In this document: positions 9,912-25,984 of the stretch, piece after piece
How positions within the stretch are numbered: the first letter of the stretch is position 1
How the letters are laid out: each line of letters begins with the position of its first letter
Assembly: GCA_002269645.1 (NCBI GenBank)
Contig: NIVC01001420.1
Coordinates: forward strand, 1-64,000
Source: Macrostomum lignano
Taxonomy: Eukaryota
Reading direction: 5' to 3'
Length of the DNA: 64,000 nucleotides
The notes under the pieces: model-generated
What the model saw: the letters and a program-made list of their open reading frames with translations, nothing else
Database searches by the model: none
Told to the model about the DNA's origin: nothing
Made by a program: the position numbers and the translations under genes

Positions 9912-12900
9912 CTCACTCACTCCATTGTCACTCTTGTCACTCCACTGTCACTCTTGTCACTCCACTGTCACTCTTGTCACTCCACTGTCACTCTTGTCAC
10001 TCCACTGTCACTCTTGTCACTCCACTGTCACTCTTGTCACTTAATTGTCGCTCGTGTCCCTTCCCTCACTCTCTAATCACTCAACTGTCACTCTTGTTCC
10101 TTCCCTCACTCTCTAATCACTCAACTGTCACTCTGGTCCCTTCCCTCACTCTTTAATCACTCAACTGTCACTCTTGTTCCTTCCCTCACTCTCTAATCAC
10201 TCAACTGTCACTCTTGTCACTCCATTGTCACTCTTGTCACTCCACTGTCACTCTTGTCACTCCACTGTCACTCTTGTCACTCCACTGTCACTCTTGTCAC
10301 TTAATTGTCGCTCGTGTCCCTTCCCTCACTCTCTAATCACTCAACTGTCACTCTTGTTCCTTCCCTCACTCTCTAATCACTCAACTGTCACTCTTGTTCC
10401 TTCCCTCACTCTCTAATCACTCAACTGTCACTCTTGTTCCTTCCCTCACTCTCTAATCACTCAACTGTCACTCTGGTCCCTTCCCTCACTCTCTAATCAC
10501 TCAACTGTCACTCTTGTTCCTTCCCTCACTCTCTAATCACTCAACTGTCACTCTTGTTCCTTCCCTCACTCTCTAATCACTCAACTGTCACTCTTGTTCC
10601 TTCCCTCACTCTCTAATCACTCAACTGTCACTCTTGTTCCTTCCCTCACTCTCTAATCACTCAACTGTCACTCTTGTTCCTTCCCTCACTCTCTAATCAC
10701 TCAACTGTCACTCTTGTCACTCCATTGTCACTCTTGTCACTCCACTGTCACTCTTGTCACTCCACTGTCACTCTTGTCACTCCACTGTCACTTTGTCACT
10801 CCACTGTCACTTTGTCACTCCACTGTCACTTTGTCACTCCACTGTCACTCTTGTCACTCCACTGTCACTCTTGTCACTCCACTGTCACTCTTGTCACTCC
10901 ACTGTCACTCTTGTCACTCCACTGTCACTCTTGTCACTCCATTGTCACTCTTGTCACTCCACTGTCACTCTTGTCACTCCATTGTCACTCTTGTCACTCC
11001 ACTGTCACTCTTGTCACTTAATTGTCGCTCGTGTCCCTTCCCTCACTCACTAATCACTCAACTGTCACTCTTGTTCCTTCCCTCACTCTCTAATCACTCA
11101 ACTGTCACTCTTGTTCCTTCCCTCACTCTCTAATCACTCAACTGTCACTCTTGTTCCTTCCCTCACTCTCTAATCACTCAACTGTCACTCTTGTTCCTTC
11201 CCTCACTCTCTAATCACTCAACTGTCACTCTTGTTCCTTCCCTCACTCTCTAATCACTCAACTGTCACTCTTGTTCCTTCCCTCACTCTCTAATCACTCA
11301 ACTGTCACTCTTGTTCCTTCCCTCACTCTCTAATCACTCAACTGTCACTCTTGTTCCTTCCCTCACTCTCTAATCACTCAACTGTCACTCTTGTTCCTTC
11401 CCTCACTCACTAATCACTCAACTGTCACTCTTGTTCCTTCCCTCACTCTCTAATCACTCAACTGTCACTCTTGTTCCTTCCCTCACTCTCTAATCACTCA
11501 ACTGTCACTCTTGTTCCTTCCCTCACTCTCTAATCACTCAACTGTCACTCTTGTTCCTTCCCTCACTCTCTAATCACTCAACTGTCACTCTTGTTCCTTC
11601 CCTCACTCTCTAATCACTCAACTGTCACTCTTGTTCCTTCCCTCACTCACTAATCACTCAACTGTCACTCTTGTTCCTTCCCTCACTCACTAATCACTCA
11701 ACTGTCACTCTTGTTCCTTCCCTCACTCACTAATCACTCAACTGTCACTCTTGTTCCTTCCCTCACTCTCTAATCACTCAACTGTCACTCTTGTTCCTTC
11801 CCTCACTCTCTAATCACTCAACTGTCACTCTTGTTCCTTCCCTCACTCTCTAATCACTCAACTGTCACTCTTGTTCCTTCCCTCACTCTCTAATCACTCA
11901 ACTGTCACTCTTGTTCCTTCCCTCACTCTCTAATCACTCAACTGTCACTCTTGTTCCTTCCCTCACTCTCTAATCACTCAACTGTCACTCTTGTTCCTTC
12001 CCTCACTCACTAATCACTCAACTGTCACTCTTGTTCCTTCCCTCACTCTCTAATCACTCAACTGTCACTCTTGTTCCTTCCCTCACTCTCTAATCACTCA
12101 ACTGTCACTCTTGTTCCTTCCCTCACTCTCTAATCACTCAACTGTCACTCTTGTTCCTTCCCTCACTCACTAATCACTCAACTGTCACTCTTGTTCCTTC
12201 CCTCACTCTCTAATCACTCAACTGTCACTCTTGTTCCTTCCCTCACTCTCTAATCACTCAACTGTCACTCTTGTTCCTTCCCTCACTCTCTAATCACTCA
12301 ACTGTCACTCTTGTTCCTTCCCTCACTCTCTAATCACTCAACTGTCACTCTTGTTCCTTCCCTCACTCACTAATCACTCAACTGTCACTCTTGTTCCTTC
12401 CCTCACTCTCTAATCACTCAACTGTCACTCTTGTTCCTTCCCTCACTCTCTAATCACTCAACTGTCACTCTTGTTCCTTCCCTCACTCTCTAATCACTCA
12501 ACTGTCACTCTTGTTCCTTCCCTCACTCTCTAATCACTCAACTGTCACTCTTGTTCCTTCCCTCACTCTCTAATCACTCAACTGTCACTCTTGTTCCTTC
12601 CCTCACTCTCTAATCACTCAACTGTCACTCTTGTTCCTTCCCTCACTCTCTAATCACTCAACTGTCACTCTTGTTCCTTCCCTCACTCTCTAATCACTCA
12701 ACTGTCACTCTTGTTCCTTCCCTCACTCACTAATCACTCAACTGTCACTCTTGTTCCTTCCCTCACTCACTAATCACTCAACTGTCACTCTTGTTCCTTC
12801 CCTCACTCTCTAATCACTCAACTGTCACTCTTGTTCCTTCCCTCACTCACTAATCACTCAACTGTCACTCTTGTTCCTTCCCTCACTCACTAATCACTCA

Positions 12901-14058
12901 ACTGTCACTCTTGTTCCTTCTCTCACTCTCTAATCACTCAACTGTCACTCTTGTTCCTTCCCTCACTCTCTAATCACTCAACTGTCACTCTTGTTCCTTC
13001 CCTCACTCTCTAATCACTCAACTGTCACTCTTGTTCCTTCCCTCACTCTCTAATCACTCAACTGTCACTCTTGTTCCTTCCCTCACTCTCTAATCACTCA
13101 ACTGTCACTCTTGTTCCTTCCCTCACTCACTAATCACTCAACTGTCACTCTTGTTCCTTCCCTCACTCTCTAATCACTCAACTGTCACTCTTGTTCCTTC
13201 CCTCACTCTCTAATCACTCAACTGTCACTCTTGTTCCTTCCCTCACTCACTAATCACTCAACTGTCACTCTTGTTCCTTCCCTCACTCTCTAATCACTCA
13301 ACTGTCACTCTTGTTCCTTCCCTCACTCTCTAATCACTCAACTGTCACTCTTGTTCCTTCCCTCACTCTCTAATCACTCAACTGTCACTCTTGTTCCTTC
13401 CCTCACTCTCTAATCACTCAACTGTCACTCTTGTTCCTTCCCTCACTCTCTAATCACTCAACTGTCACTCTTGTTCCTTCCCTCACTCACTAATCACTCA
13501 ACTGTCACTCTTGTTCCTTCCCTCACTCACTAATCACTCAACTGTCACTCTTGTTCCTTCCCTCACTCTCTAATCACTCAACTGTCACTCTTGTTCCTTC
13601 CCTCACTCTCTAATCACTCAACTGTCACTCTTGTTCCTTCCCTCACTCTCTAATCACTCAACTGTCACTCTTGTTCCTTCCCTCACTCACTAATCACTCA
13701 ACTGTCACTCTTGTTCCTTCCCTCACTCTCTAATCACTCAACTGTCACTCTTGTTCCTTCCCTCACTCACTAATCACTCAACTGTCACTCTTGTTCCTTC
13801 CCTCACTCTCTAATCACTGAACTTTCACTCTTGTCCCTTCCCTCACTCACTAATCACTCAACTTTCACTCTTGTCACTTCCTTCACTGTCTAGTCACTCA
13901 ACTTTCACTCTTGTCCCTTCCCTCACTCTCTAATCACTTAACTTTCATTCTTGTCACTTTCTTCACTGTCTAAGCACTCCAATATCACTCGTTTCACTTC
14001 CTACACTCTCTAGTCACTCTACTGTCACTCTTTTCACTTCCTTCACTCGTCACTCTCC
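9912..14058. repeat. 20-bp/40-bp satellite filling GRK2 intron 4
   Basis: 20-mer CACTCCACTGTCACTCTTGT blocks and a near-perfect 40-mer CACTCAACTGTCACTCTTGTTCCTTCCCTCACTCTCTAAT (continuous ~11040-13830) with one recurring CTC/CAC variant. Confidence 0.97.
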
Positions 14059-14111
14059 CAGTATTTGTGACTCCCCCGGACCGCACACCTGTCACCTTCT
14101 GTCACCGGCAG

Positions 14112-14575
14112 GCATCAAGCTCACAGACGTGGACCAGCAATTGTACCGCAACTTTAACCTGACCGTTTCCGAGCGCTGGCAGCTAGAAGTAGCCGACACC
14201 GTCTTCGAGGCAGTGAACCTCGAGGAGGATAAAATTGAAGCTCGACGAACGAAATGGCCAATCGAATCATCGGCGGATGTCGCTCCGGGCGCGTCGGCTG
14301 GCGACGCCGCCGCGGCAAGCTCCGACTGCATCGTTGAGGGCGAAGTCCTCCGCCTTGGTGGCCACTTTCAGGCCAGCCAGAAGCGCTACCTGAGGCTGTT
14401 CCCCAACCGCCTGGAGATGCACTGCAAGCCCGGCCTGCAGCGCAAGCCGGCCGTTGAACTGCTGGCCATGTTCGACATTCGCGAAGTCAGCAAAGAATTC
14501 CAAAAGCTTGGCAAGCACGAAAATTGCATACTCATCAGCTTGAAGACGGATCAGCGGATCTACCTGACTTGCACG
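14112..14575 (+). CDS. GRK2: GRK2 exon 5 (kinase extension and PH domain)
   Basis: ggcag|GC completes Gly; GIKLTDVDQQLYRNFNLTVSERWQLEVADTVF...KRYLRLFPNRLEM...QRIYLTCT; donor GTACGG at 14576. Confidence 0.93.
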
Positions 14576-14639
14576 GTACGGGGGCTCTGGCTGCTTGGTT
14601 TATCGACAGGGAGGCGAGGTGGCTGTACGTTACTCACCA

Positions 14640-15200
14640 CTGCAGTCACTCCCGTACACACCGAACCCCCAACCCCTAACTCATGTAGTCACTCCTGTAC
14701 ACCCCAATGCCATAGTCACCCCGACCCCCCCAGCCCCAGAGTCACTCCTGTACACACCGACCACCCAACCACATAGTCACTCCTGTACACCCCCAACGCC
14801 ATAGTCGCTCCCTTACACCCCAATGCCATAGTCACTCCTGTACACACCGACCACCCAACCACATAGTCACTCCTGTACACCCCCAACGCCATAGTCGCTC
14901 CCTTACACCCCAATGCCATAGTCACTCCTGTACACACCGACCACCCAACCACATAGTCACTCCTGTACACCCCCAACGCCATAGTCGCTCCCTTACACCC
15001 CAATGCCATAGTCACTCCTGTACACCCCCAACCCATAGTCACTCCTGTAAACCCCGACCCCCAGCCCCAGAGTCACTCCTGTACACACCGACCCTCCCAA
15101 CCCCAGAGTCACTCCTGTACACACCGACCCTCCCAACCCCAGAGTCACTCCTGTACACACCGACCCCCCAACCTCATAGTCACTCCTGTACACACCGGCC
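14640..15200. repeat. Composite minisatellite (CATAGTCACTCCTGTACAC core; three 90-bp units then ~37-bp units) in GRK2 intron 5
   Basis: CCACCCAACCACATAG recurs at 14761, 14851 and 14941. Confidence 0.9.
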
Positions 15201-15315
15201 CCGTACACAATTAAAGACCCATAGGCTATAGAATAATGATCATAGAAGAGCAAATTTTCAAAGTGAAATTTTCAATAAACGAGCACTTACGAAAAGTTTT
15301 AAACGCCTCAATCAG

Positions 15316-15570
15316 GACCGAGTCCTGGCCGAGCAATGGAAAGAAGAAATCGTTGCCGCTTTCGAAGCCAGCCAGACCGTCTTATCCAGAATGAACACCA
15401 AGGCTCATAGGTGGTACGGAGCCGACACAATGGACGTGGCATCCGCCTCTCCATCCGTCCAGGCGTCCGCCCCTTCATCCGCCCCGGGATCCGCCCACTT
15501 GTCCGCCCCGGCGGCGGCCGCCGCAGAATCCGCCGCAGCGCCAGTGGCTTCATCTGAGAGTAGCGCCTGA
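15316..15570 (+). CDS. GRK2: GRK2 exon 6 (PH C-terminal helix plus Ala/Ser/Pro-rich tail, stop)
   Basis: atcag|GAC; DRVLAEQWKEEIVAAFEASQTVLSRMNTK matches the PH terminal helix (QWKKEL in GRK2); TGA at 15568-15570. Not in the ORF track on this frame. Confidence 0.88.
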   Translation, partial: DRVLAEQWKEEIVAAFEASQTVLSRMNTKAHRWYGADTMDVASASPSVQASAPSSAPGSAHLSAPAAAAAESAAAPVASSESSA

Positions 15571-16105
15571 TTCGAATAACCGAACCGAATCGAGCTTATC
15601 GAACTGACAGTTTTGCAGTTTTTATGTACATAATCCAACTGGTTTGACTGTTTTTATGTACTATAAGTAAGAGCTAATCTGTTTCTTTTTTACAGTCCCT
15701 GTGCCCGCCTCTCTATCCTCTCTTATATCGTTGAACTTAATTTAATTTTCTGCACTACTACCGCAGACAAAGATGGAAAGGCGTTCGTTTTGATGCAGAG
15801 CGTGGCAGCTGCTGAGAGAGAGTTACTTGCATTCACTTCAGAAGATTTGGATCTGAATTAAGATTTGCGCTATCTCGAGCTAAAAACTCTCGAAAGTTTC
15901 TAAAATTTGTTTTTTTTAATTTACTTTTTCTTGGATAGAAGTCACAGTATATTAAAATTATTTTTGTTGTTGCTTCTGTAATTCGCGTTGTGATTATACT
16001 GCAAAGCAAAAGAAAATTATAAACTGTAAAGACCGTCATAAATTGTGACAGACACTCCTCATTTGAGTCAGCCTTTTCCTTCGTTCAAGCAGTTAGAATA
16101 CAAAT

Positions 16106-17142
<1,037 letters not shown>

Positions 17143-17985
17143 GGTAATTTCCCACGGCCGGACTGCAGGGCGGAATCCGGCACAGTTCTCACGCAAGGAA
17201 TGGCGAAAATCAAGACCGTCTCTAAAGCGGCTCGGGGACAGCAAAATAAAAATAAGTAACGCGAGTTCGGGTCGCCTGCCCTCCAGCTCTGGCCTGGATT
17301 TGGCCAACTCAATTGCGAAAGCCCCCAGCTGCCAGCCTTCTGGCTTTTCCCCGCAACCCTCCTCCCCCATCCTCCAATTTAGATTTTGAAAGCCTTCTCC
17401 GCATTCGTGAGATTCTTTCGGCTGTTTGAATCTGTCCTCTTCGTTTACTCAATTCACAGTTGGAATATACGAGTATAAATTTCTACGAAAAATTCAATTT
17501 TGTCTACTGCAGACGCTTTGCTAAGTAGACTAAAGTGAATGCGTCCTTTTAAATTTAGGTTGCTACTAAAAAAATAAACTTTTTGGGTTTCAAAAAAATC
17601 TTTGGTCCAGTTCAGACTGCCGATGCGAGCTATTTAGCCCTCGGGGGTTAAAATCCCATGCTACGAGTATGCAGCTCAAGCAGACCTAGCTATATATCAA
17701 GCAGACTTGAGAATAATTAGTCTATCCCTAATCGAATTGGGCTGCGGCAATGCCCTAATCCGATGGGACACTTCCAGCTGACCAAAATGCTGAAGAAGCA
17801 CAAAAACTGAGGAAAATCAAGCCAAAGTCAATATGCACTGCAGGCATCATCATTTTAAGTTGCTACCAAATCTGGATCGTGTACTTAGTTTATCACAGAG
17901 ACAGTTAATCACAGTAATGCTGTACAACTGTATACAGACTCTGTGCTCTGTATGCAGTACAGGAGCACTATGGGTATGGGATCAA

Positions 17986-19335
17986 TGTGGAATCAGAGAT
18001 GATCAATGTGGGATGTGGGATGTGGGATCGGAGATGATCAATGTGGGATCAGATATGATCAATGTGGGATGTGGGATGTGGGATCGGAGATGATCAATGT
18101 GGGATCAGAGATGATCGATGTGAGATCAGAGATTATCAATATGGGATCGGAGATGATCAATGTGGGATCAGAGATGATCGATGTGGGATCAGAGATGATC
18201 AATAGGGGGTCGGAGATGATCAATATGGGATCGGAGATGATCAATGTGGGATCGGAGATGATCAATGGGGGATCGGAGATGATAAATGTGGGATCATAGA
18301 TGATAAATGTGAGATGTGGGATGTCGGATCGGAGATGATCAATGTGGGATCAGAGATGATCAATGTGGGATCAGAGATGATCAATGTGGGATCAGAGATG
18401 ATCAATGTGGGATCGGAGATGATCAATGTGGGATCGGAGATGATCAATTTGGGATCGAAGATGATCAATGTGGGATCAGAGATGATCAATGTGGGATCAG
18501 AAATGATCAATGTGGGATCAGAGATGATCAATGTGGGATCGGAGATGATCAATGTGGGATCATAGATGATAAATGTGAGATGTGGGATGTCGGATCAGAG
18601 ATGATCAATGTGGGATCGGAGATGATCAATGTGGGGTCAGAGATTGTCAATGTGGGATCAGAGATGATCAATGTGGTATCAGAGATGATCAATGTGGGAT
18701 CAGAGATGATCAATGTGGGATCAGAAATGATCAATGTGGGATCGGAGATGATCAATGTGGGATCATAGATGATAAATGTGAGATGTGGGATGTGGGATCA
18801 GAGATGATCAATGTGGGATCAGAGATGATCAATTTGGGATCGAAGATGATCAATGTGGGATCAGAGATTGTCTATGTGGTATCAGAGATGATCAATGTGG
18901 GATCAGAGATGATCAATGTGGGATCAGAGATGATCAATGTGGGATCAGAAATGATCAATGTGGGATCAGAGATTGTCAATGTGGTATCAGAGTTGATCAA
19001 TATGGGATCAGAGATGATCAATGTGGGATCAGAGATGATCAATGTGGGATCAAAGATGATCAATGTGGGATCAGAGATGATCAATGTGGGATCAGAGATG
19101 ATCAATGTGGGATCAGAGATTGTCAATGTGGTATCAGAGTTGATCAATATGGGATCAGAGATGATCAATGTGGGATCAGAGATGATCAATGTGGGATCAA
19201 AGATGATCAATGTGGGATCAGAGATGATCAATGTGGGATCAGAGATGATCAATGTGGGATCAGAGATGATCAATGTGGGATCGGATTATCAATGTGGGAT
19301 CAGAGATGATCAATGTGGGATCAGAGATTATCAAC
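17986..19335. repeat. 21-bp minisatellite (ATGATCAATGTGGGATCAGAG)
   Basis: About 60 copies; the unit is a multiple of 3, producing the MINVGSE / CGIRDDQ repeat ORFs. Confidence 0.95.
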
Positions 19336-20320
19336 ATCATCCGATTCAATTTGACAATTGTGTGACAATAGACTAGAATGGTTGCAGATGTAGCCAGGTG
19401 GCATTTACCTGTAGTTAAAATTTAACTCCTCCCCCCTAAGACATTGCCTATATGCAAAAATTAATTAATCATTTTTTCGATCCAATTTTCATTTAAAAAA
19501 ACGACATGAAATCGATATCTTGATGTCGTTTCGATGTACCCTTTCCCAGTGGGATCAGCTGCAGAAAGTGCAGGCAGTTTTATTCCCAAAGCGGAGAAGA
19601 ACAGCCTGGCCAGCTTGGAAGCTCTGAGCTCCCCTCCCCCAGAAAGACAAATATCCTCATCACAGCCTGTACATTCGATGGCTGGCTGGCTGAGGGGTTC
19701 TAAAATTCAGCGAGAGACAAAAGCTAAGATGAAGCCAGGAGGGAAGGAGGCTGGGAGAGTACACTGCCCTGTCTGGAGACTGGCAGCTTGCAGCTGCAAT
19801 AAAAAGTTGCTGAATTTCTTTCCCAAGCTATAGGCTCTGTTTTCGCCAAGAAGCATTGATGCTGGGCTTCTTTATTCTTTGCTACACAGCTCAGGCATGA
19901 GGCTGCAGTTTCATAGCCTCGCATAGCGTGTTGGCAAGTAAACCCTCTACCAGCCCATGAAGGTGTGAAACGTAACGCCTTCTACCATTCTTTTGCATTG
20001 TACAGCGCTGTAATTTCTTGGGGGGGGGCGGGGTTGGAGGTTGGAAGAGTGGGTTGTGGGTGAGTGCTCAGGTGTGAAACTCTTGCTCCAACCTTGGACA
20101 TACTTACTATAAAATGGTTATTCTGTTTCTCCAGAGAATTGCTTTTGCTACAGAAATATTGGCGTGAAAAGGATTTTGTAGCAGCATATGGATTTACTGC
20201 GCACTGCTTTAGTGCTCAAAAAAATATGACGATATATTGTACGGAATGAAAATTGTGTTGAATTTTAAGATAAAATGCGCAAAAAAACTGATGGAGAATA
20301 GTCATTATAGAGTGCAGATT

Positions 20321-21012
20321 ACACAGGGCTAAGGGCTAATGACACAGGGCTAATGACACAGGGCTAATGACACAGGGCTAATGACACAGGGCTAATGACA
20401 CAGGGCTAATGACACAGGGCTAATGACACAGGGCTAATGACACAGGGCTAATGACACAGGGCTAATGACACAGGGCTAATGACACAGGGCTAATGACACA
20501 GGGCTAATGACACAGGGCTAATGACACAGGGCTAATGACACAGGGCTAATGACACAGGGCTAATGACACAGGGCTAATGACACAGGGCTAATGACACAGG
20601 GCTAATGACACAGGGCTAATGACACAGGGCTAATGACACAGGGCTAATGACACAGGGCTAATGACACAGGGCTAATGACACAGGGCTAATGACACAGGGC
20701 TAATGACACAGGGCTAATGACACAGGGCTAATGACACAGGGCTAATGACACAGGGCTAATGACACAGGGCTAATGACACAGGGCTAATGACACAGGGCTA
20801 ATGACACAGGGCTAATGACACAGGGCTAATGACACAGGGCTAATGACACAGGGCTAATGACACAGGGCTAATGACACAGGGCTAATGACACAGGGCTAAT
20901 GACACAGGGCTAATGACACAGGGCTAATGACACAGGGCTAATGACACAGGGCTAATGACACAGGGCTAATGACACAGGGCTAATGACACAGGGCTAATGA
21001 CACAGGGCTAAT
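20321..21012. repeat. 14-bp minisatellite (GACACAGGGCTAAT), ~48 apparently identical copies
   Basis: Perfect array 20341-21012 preceded by a partial seed copy. Confidence 0.97.
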
Positions 21013-21632
21013 TTGTATCTCAAACAGCCGAGCCGTGGACCAGCCTGCGGTAAGATCTGACAGAGCTGATAAAACAACAGAAAAGTTTCACTGCTGTAGC
21101 AATTTCAATCAAATTTATTAATCAAGCAGCCTCAGAATTGCAATCGGAACGTCGGGTGTTTTAACAAAAACCCCCCATCGTTCGATCCAAGAGTTCACCG
21201 GCTACTTGAGCAATAAATCTGGCAGCAGAAATATTGAAATTGTGTTTATTAGTTATCGACATCAGCTATGCCAAAATCTTGCCTCACGCTGTAATTGATG
21301 ACTTGGTCCAACCTTGTGCTGCTACTCGTATATACTCACCTTTCGCTATTCAAACGTGAGTAGGGTTCTCAATGCAGGCGCTTTAAAATGGAACGTATAC
21401 CTTTACCTGAAGGAGAGAAGCGGGCTTATAAAATCATGCATAAGATTGCCTCACTTCTGCCTACTGCAGACACCCTCCCTCTCCCCTCCTCCTTCTCGCT
21501 CTTCTCGTGCCCTGATTGGCCACTGTTGGGACGATGACTAAAAACTCGAATCTATAATGAAATGGTTAAGCGGAGAAATCGTCCAGTTGTTAAATAGTTG
21601 GCTTTGAAACCAAGGGTTGGCGATTTTTTAGA

Positions 21633-22328
21633 CGAGAGGAGAGGAGAGGAGAGCAGAGGAGAGGAAGGGAGAGGAGAGGAGAGGAGAGGAGAGGAGAGGA
21701 GAGGAGAGGAGAGGAGAGGAGAGGAGAGCAGAGGAGAGGAGAGGATGAGATGAGAGGAGAGGATGAGAGGAGAGGAGAGGAGAGGAGAGGAGAGGAGAGG
21801 AGAGGAGAGGAGAGGAGAGGAGAGGAGAGGAGAAGAGAGCAGAGGAGAGGAGAGGATGAGAGGAGAGGAGAGGAGAGGAAGGGAGAGGAGAGGAGAGGAG
21901 AGCAGAGGAGAGGAAGGGAGAGGAGAGGAGAGGAGAGGAGAGGAGAGGATGAGAGGAGAGGAGAGGAGAGCAGAGGAGGAGGGAGAGGAGAGGAGAGGAG
22001 AGAAGAGGGGAGGAGGAGAGGAGAGGAGAGGAGAGGAGAGCAGAGGAGAGGAAGGGAGAGGAGAGGAGGGAGAGGAGAGGAGAGGAGAGGAGGGAGAGGA
22101 GAGGAGGGAGAGGAGAGGAGAGGAGAGGAGGAGAGGAGAGGAGAGGAGAGCAGAGGAGAGGAAGGGAGAGGAGAGGAGAGGAGAGCAGAGGAGAGGAAGG
22201 GAGAGGAGAGGAGGGAGAGGAGAGGAGAGGAGAGGAGGGAGAGGAGAGGAGAGGAGGAGAGGAGAGGAGAGGAGGAGAGGAGAGGAGAGAGGAGAGAAGA
22301 GGAGAGGAGAGGAGAGAGGAGAGAGGAG
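21633..22328. repeat. (GAGAG)n pentamer array with variants
   Basis: Directly visible. Confidence 0.95.
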
Positions 22329-23048
22329 ATTCGAGACAAGACATCTGAGAATGAGACAAGACGAAAACCTTGAGCGGGCCGGGTTGATATTGTGAAGTTT
22401 CAAAGGACCCGAGGGCCGGATAAAGTGGCTTCGCGGGCCCTCTGTATGTGGCCGACCCCAGTTTCAGCCCACACAAGGACAGGATATTGCCCTACGATAG
22501 CGTACTGTTAAAAGACTGACCAATCCAAGAAGCGCGGCGCAAAAGCCAGTATTTTCTAGCACCGCAAGCACCTTGGCAGGGTTTGAGCTATTTTTCTCTC
22601 TACTTCTCTCTTCTGCTTAAGCAAGACAAACAAACCAGAAGGCGAGTCTACTCAATTCAGCCCTGCTTTAGCCAGCTCCGCTATTCTCCAACAATTTCGC
22701 TTGAACATTGAAGTCTTGTTTGTGTTTGATTGCACAATATTGAACTAGGACTGGGGTGGGGGGGGGGTTTGAGTGAGCGGAGCTGCGGGGAGAATGAGTG
22801 AAAATGGGGTTTGCAAGGCACAGCGTCACGCCTGTCACTCAGCTTGGCCCGTGAGAGGGTGGCTCAGTTCAGGCAAATAGTTTTGTGGAGATGGCTTGTA
22901 GATAGCAAAAGCTCGCATAGCCATAACAATAAAATCTCTAAAAATTGATTGATTCGTTTTGGAGCGCTCGGTGCAAGCACGTTATGATTTTGACATGAGA
23001 TGCGCCTGACTTGGGTATATGATATATGGCTGACTATTGCCACTGCCC

Positions 23049-23769
<721 letters not shown>

Positions 23770-24524
23770 TAATGTGAGTTCTGCGTGAATTGTCTGCATT
23801 TTTATAAAACTTTTTCCTTCCATCCTGTTTCATTTCTCCCCAGCTTCTAGGTGCCGTCAAACTGCGCAGAAGTTCTCGAACTTCCCCCTAATTCTATATT
23901 TCAGTGGCCGCAATGCAGACCGGCGCTCAGTCATTGCGCTCGGACACGAGCCTCTTAGCCTCTAGGAAAAAGCAGTTGAAATTCGGAAAACTGCATCGCC
24001 CAGACACGGGAGGAGAAAAAGACAGGGGGGGGGGTAGCAGAGAGCAACCAGAAAAATGCGCAATAGGAGCATCATAATGTAGGCAACGATCCCTCACTTC
24101 AACTCGCCCCATGCGGTCGGTATGCATCGTCGGTCGGTAAGTTTTTATGATGTAGAAAAAAATCCCCACCAGAAAAAAACCAATTTTCCAGATCGATCGG
24201 GAATGCTTGATCTCCGTCCGCCTTGAAACCTTTCAACAGAAACCACTGTTAGATTAGTGTGAGCGAGTGCATGAGTGCGTGCCTTGCGTACAGACGTATT
24301 TGCGCGCTTGTATGTGCGCTCATGAAAGTCTAGCTCCAGCAAATATTATTTGCTTTAAAGAAGAATAACTGTAACAAAAATTGGTTACCATGGACCACCC
24401 GAAAACTAAGCGATAGTCGCATGTATGACATTTCATGTTATTTAAGCGGGGATTTAGCGGCTTAATAATCGGGGACGACTAAACAGGAAAATTTTAAATT
24501 AAAAAAAATTATCTAGCAAAGGGC

Positions 24525-25636
24525 GAAGAGTGTAACAGGGGGAGGGGTAAAGAGGGTAACTGGAATGTAGGAAAGGATGGTAACGAGGAGGATAAAGAGA
24601 GGGTAACGGGTAAGGGAGAGGGTAACGAAGAGGGTAACGGGTGGGGGAGAGAGGGTAACGGGTGGGGGGGAGAGGGTAACGGGTGGGGGAGAGAGGGTAA
24701 CAGGTGGGGGGAGAGGGTAACAGGTAAGGGAGAGAGGGTAACAGGTGGGGAGAGAGGGTAACAGGTAAGGGAGAGAGGGTAACGGGTGGGGGAGAGAGGG
24801 TAACAGGTAAGGGAGAGAGGGTAACAGGTGGGGAGAGAGGGTAACAGGTGGGGGGAGAGGGTAACAGGTGGGGAGAGAGAGTAACAGGTAAGGGAGAGAG
24901 GGTAACAGGTGGGGAGAGAGAGTAACAGGTAAGGGAGAGAGGGTAACAGGTGGGGAGAGAGGGTAACAGGTAAGGGAGAGAGGGTAACAGGTGGGGAGAG
25001 AGGGTAACAGGTAAGGGAGAGAGGGTAACAGGTGGGGAGAGAGAGTAACAGGTAAGGGAGAGAGGGTAACAGGTAAGGGAGAGAGGGTAACAGGTGGGGA
25101 GAGAGGGTAACAGGTAAGGGAGAGAGGGTAACAGGTGGGGAGAGAGAGTAACAGGTAAGGGAGAGAGGGTAACAGGTGGGGAGAGAGGGTAACAGGTGGG
25201 GAGAGAGGGTAACAGGTGGGGGGAGAGGGTAACAGGTGGGGAGAGAGAGTAACAGGTAAGGGAGAGAGGGTAACAGGTAAGGGAGAGAGGGTAACAGGTG
25301 GGGAGAGAGGGTAACAGGTAAGGGAGAGAGGGTAACAGGTGGGGGGAGAGGGTAACAGGTGGGGAGAGAGAGTAACAGGTAAGGGAGAGAGGGTAACAGG
25401 TAAGGGAGAGAGGGTAACAGGTGGGGAGAGAGGGTAACAGGTAAGGGAGAGAGGGTAACAGGTGGGGGGAGAGGGTAACAGGTGGGGAGAGAGAGTAACA
25501 GGTAAGGGAGAGAGGGTAACAGGTGGGGAGAGAGGGTAACAGGTAAGGGAGAGAGGGTAACAGGTGGGGAGAGAGGGTAACAGGTAAGGGAGAGAGGGTA
25601 ACGGGTGGGGGAGAGAGGGTAACAGGTAAGGGAGAG
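24525..25636. repeat. ~22-bp G-rich minisatellite (GGGAGAGAGGGTAACAGGT[AA/GG])
   Basis: Alternating GTAAGGG and GTGGGG variants in tandem. Confidence 0.93.
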
Positions 25637-25984
25637 AATTGGAGCAAGAGATAAAATGAGTGAGGTAGTCATGGGAGAAACGGAGAAGAGAAGGGCATAA
25701 AGACAGTGATGAAGAATGAACCAGCTTCCAGACATTTCATCTCTCTAGCTGTAATACTCCCGCGAACCCAATGATTGATTTGTAGCAAAACTGTCTTTCA
25801 GCTTGGCCAATAGGAAAAGAAGGAGATCATGAACAACTGCTAACTGCTGGGTCGTAATGTTTATGTAAAAAGCATACGAATCGGAGTTTGATTCATTTGG
25901 TTCTAAGGCTTTATGCGGGTCTAAAATTTAAAATGCTTGATACCGCTGCTCTCTCATAGATTGTAAACAACTTGGAAAAAAGCA

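Noticed and set aside
22370-22470. hAT/Charlie-like internal motif GGGCCGGATAAAGTGGCTTCGCGGGCC
   Set aside because: No TIRs or TSD identifiable; too short to support.
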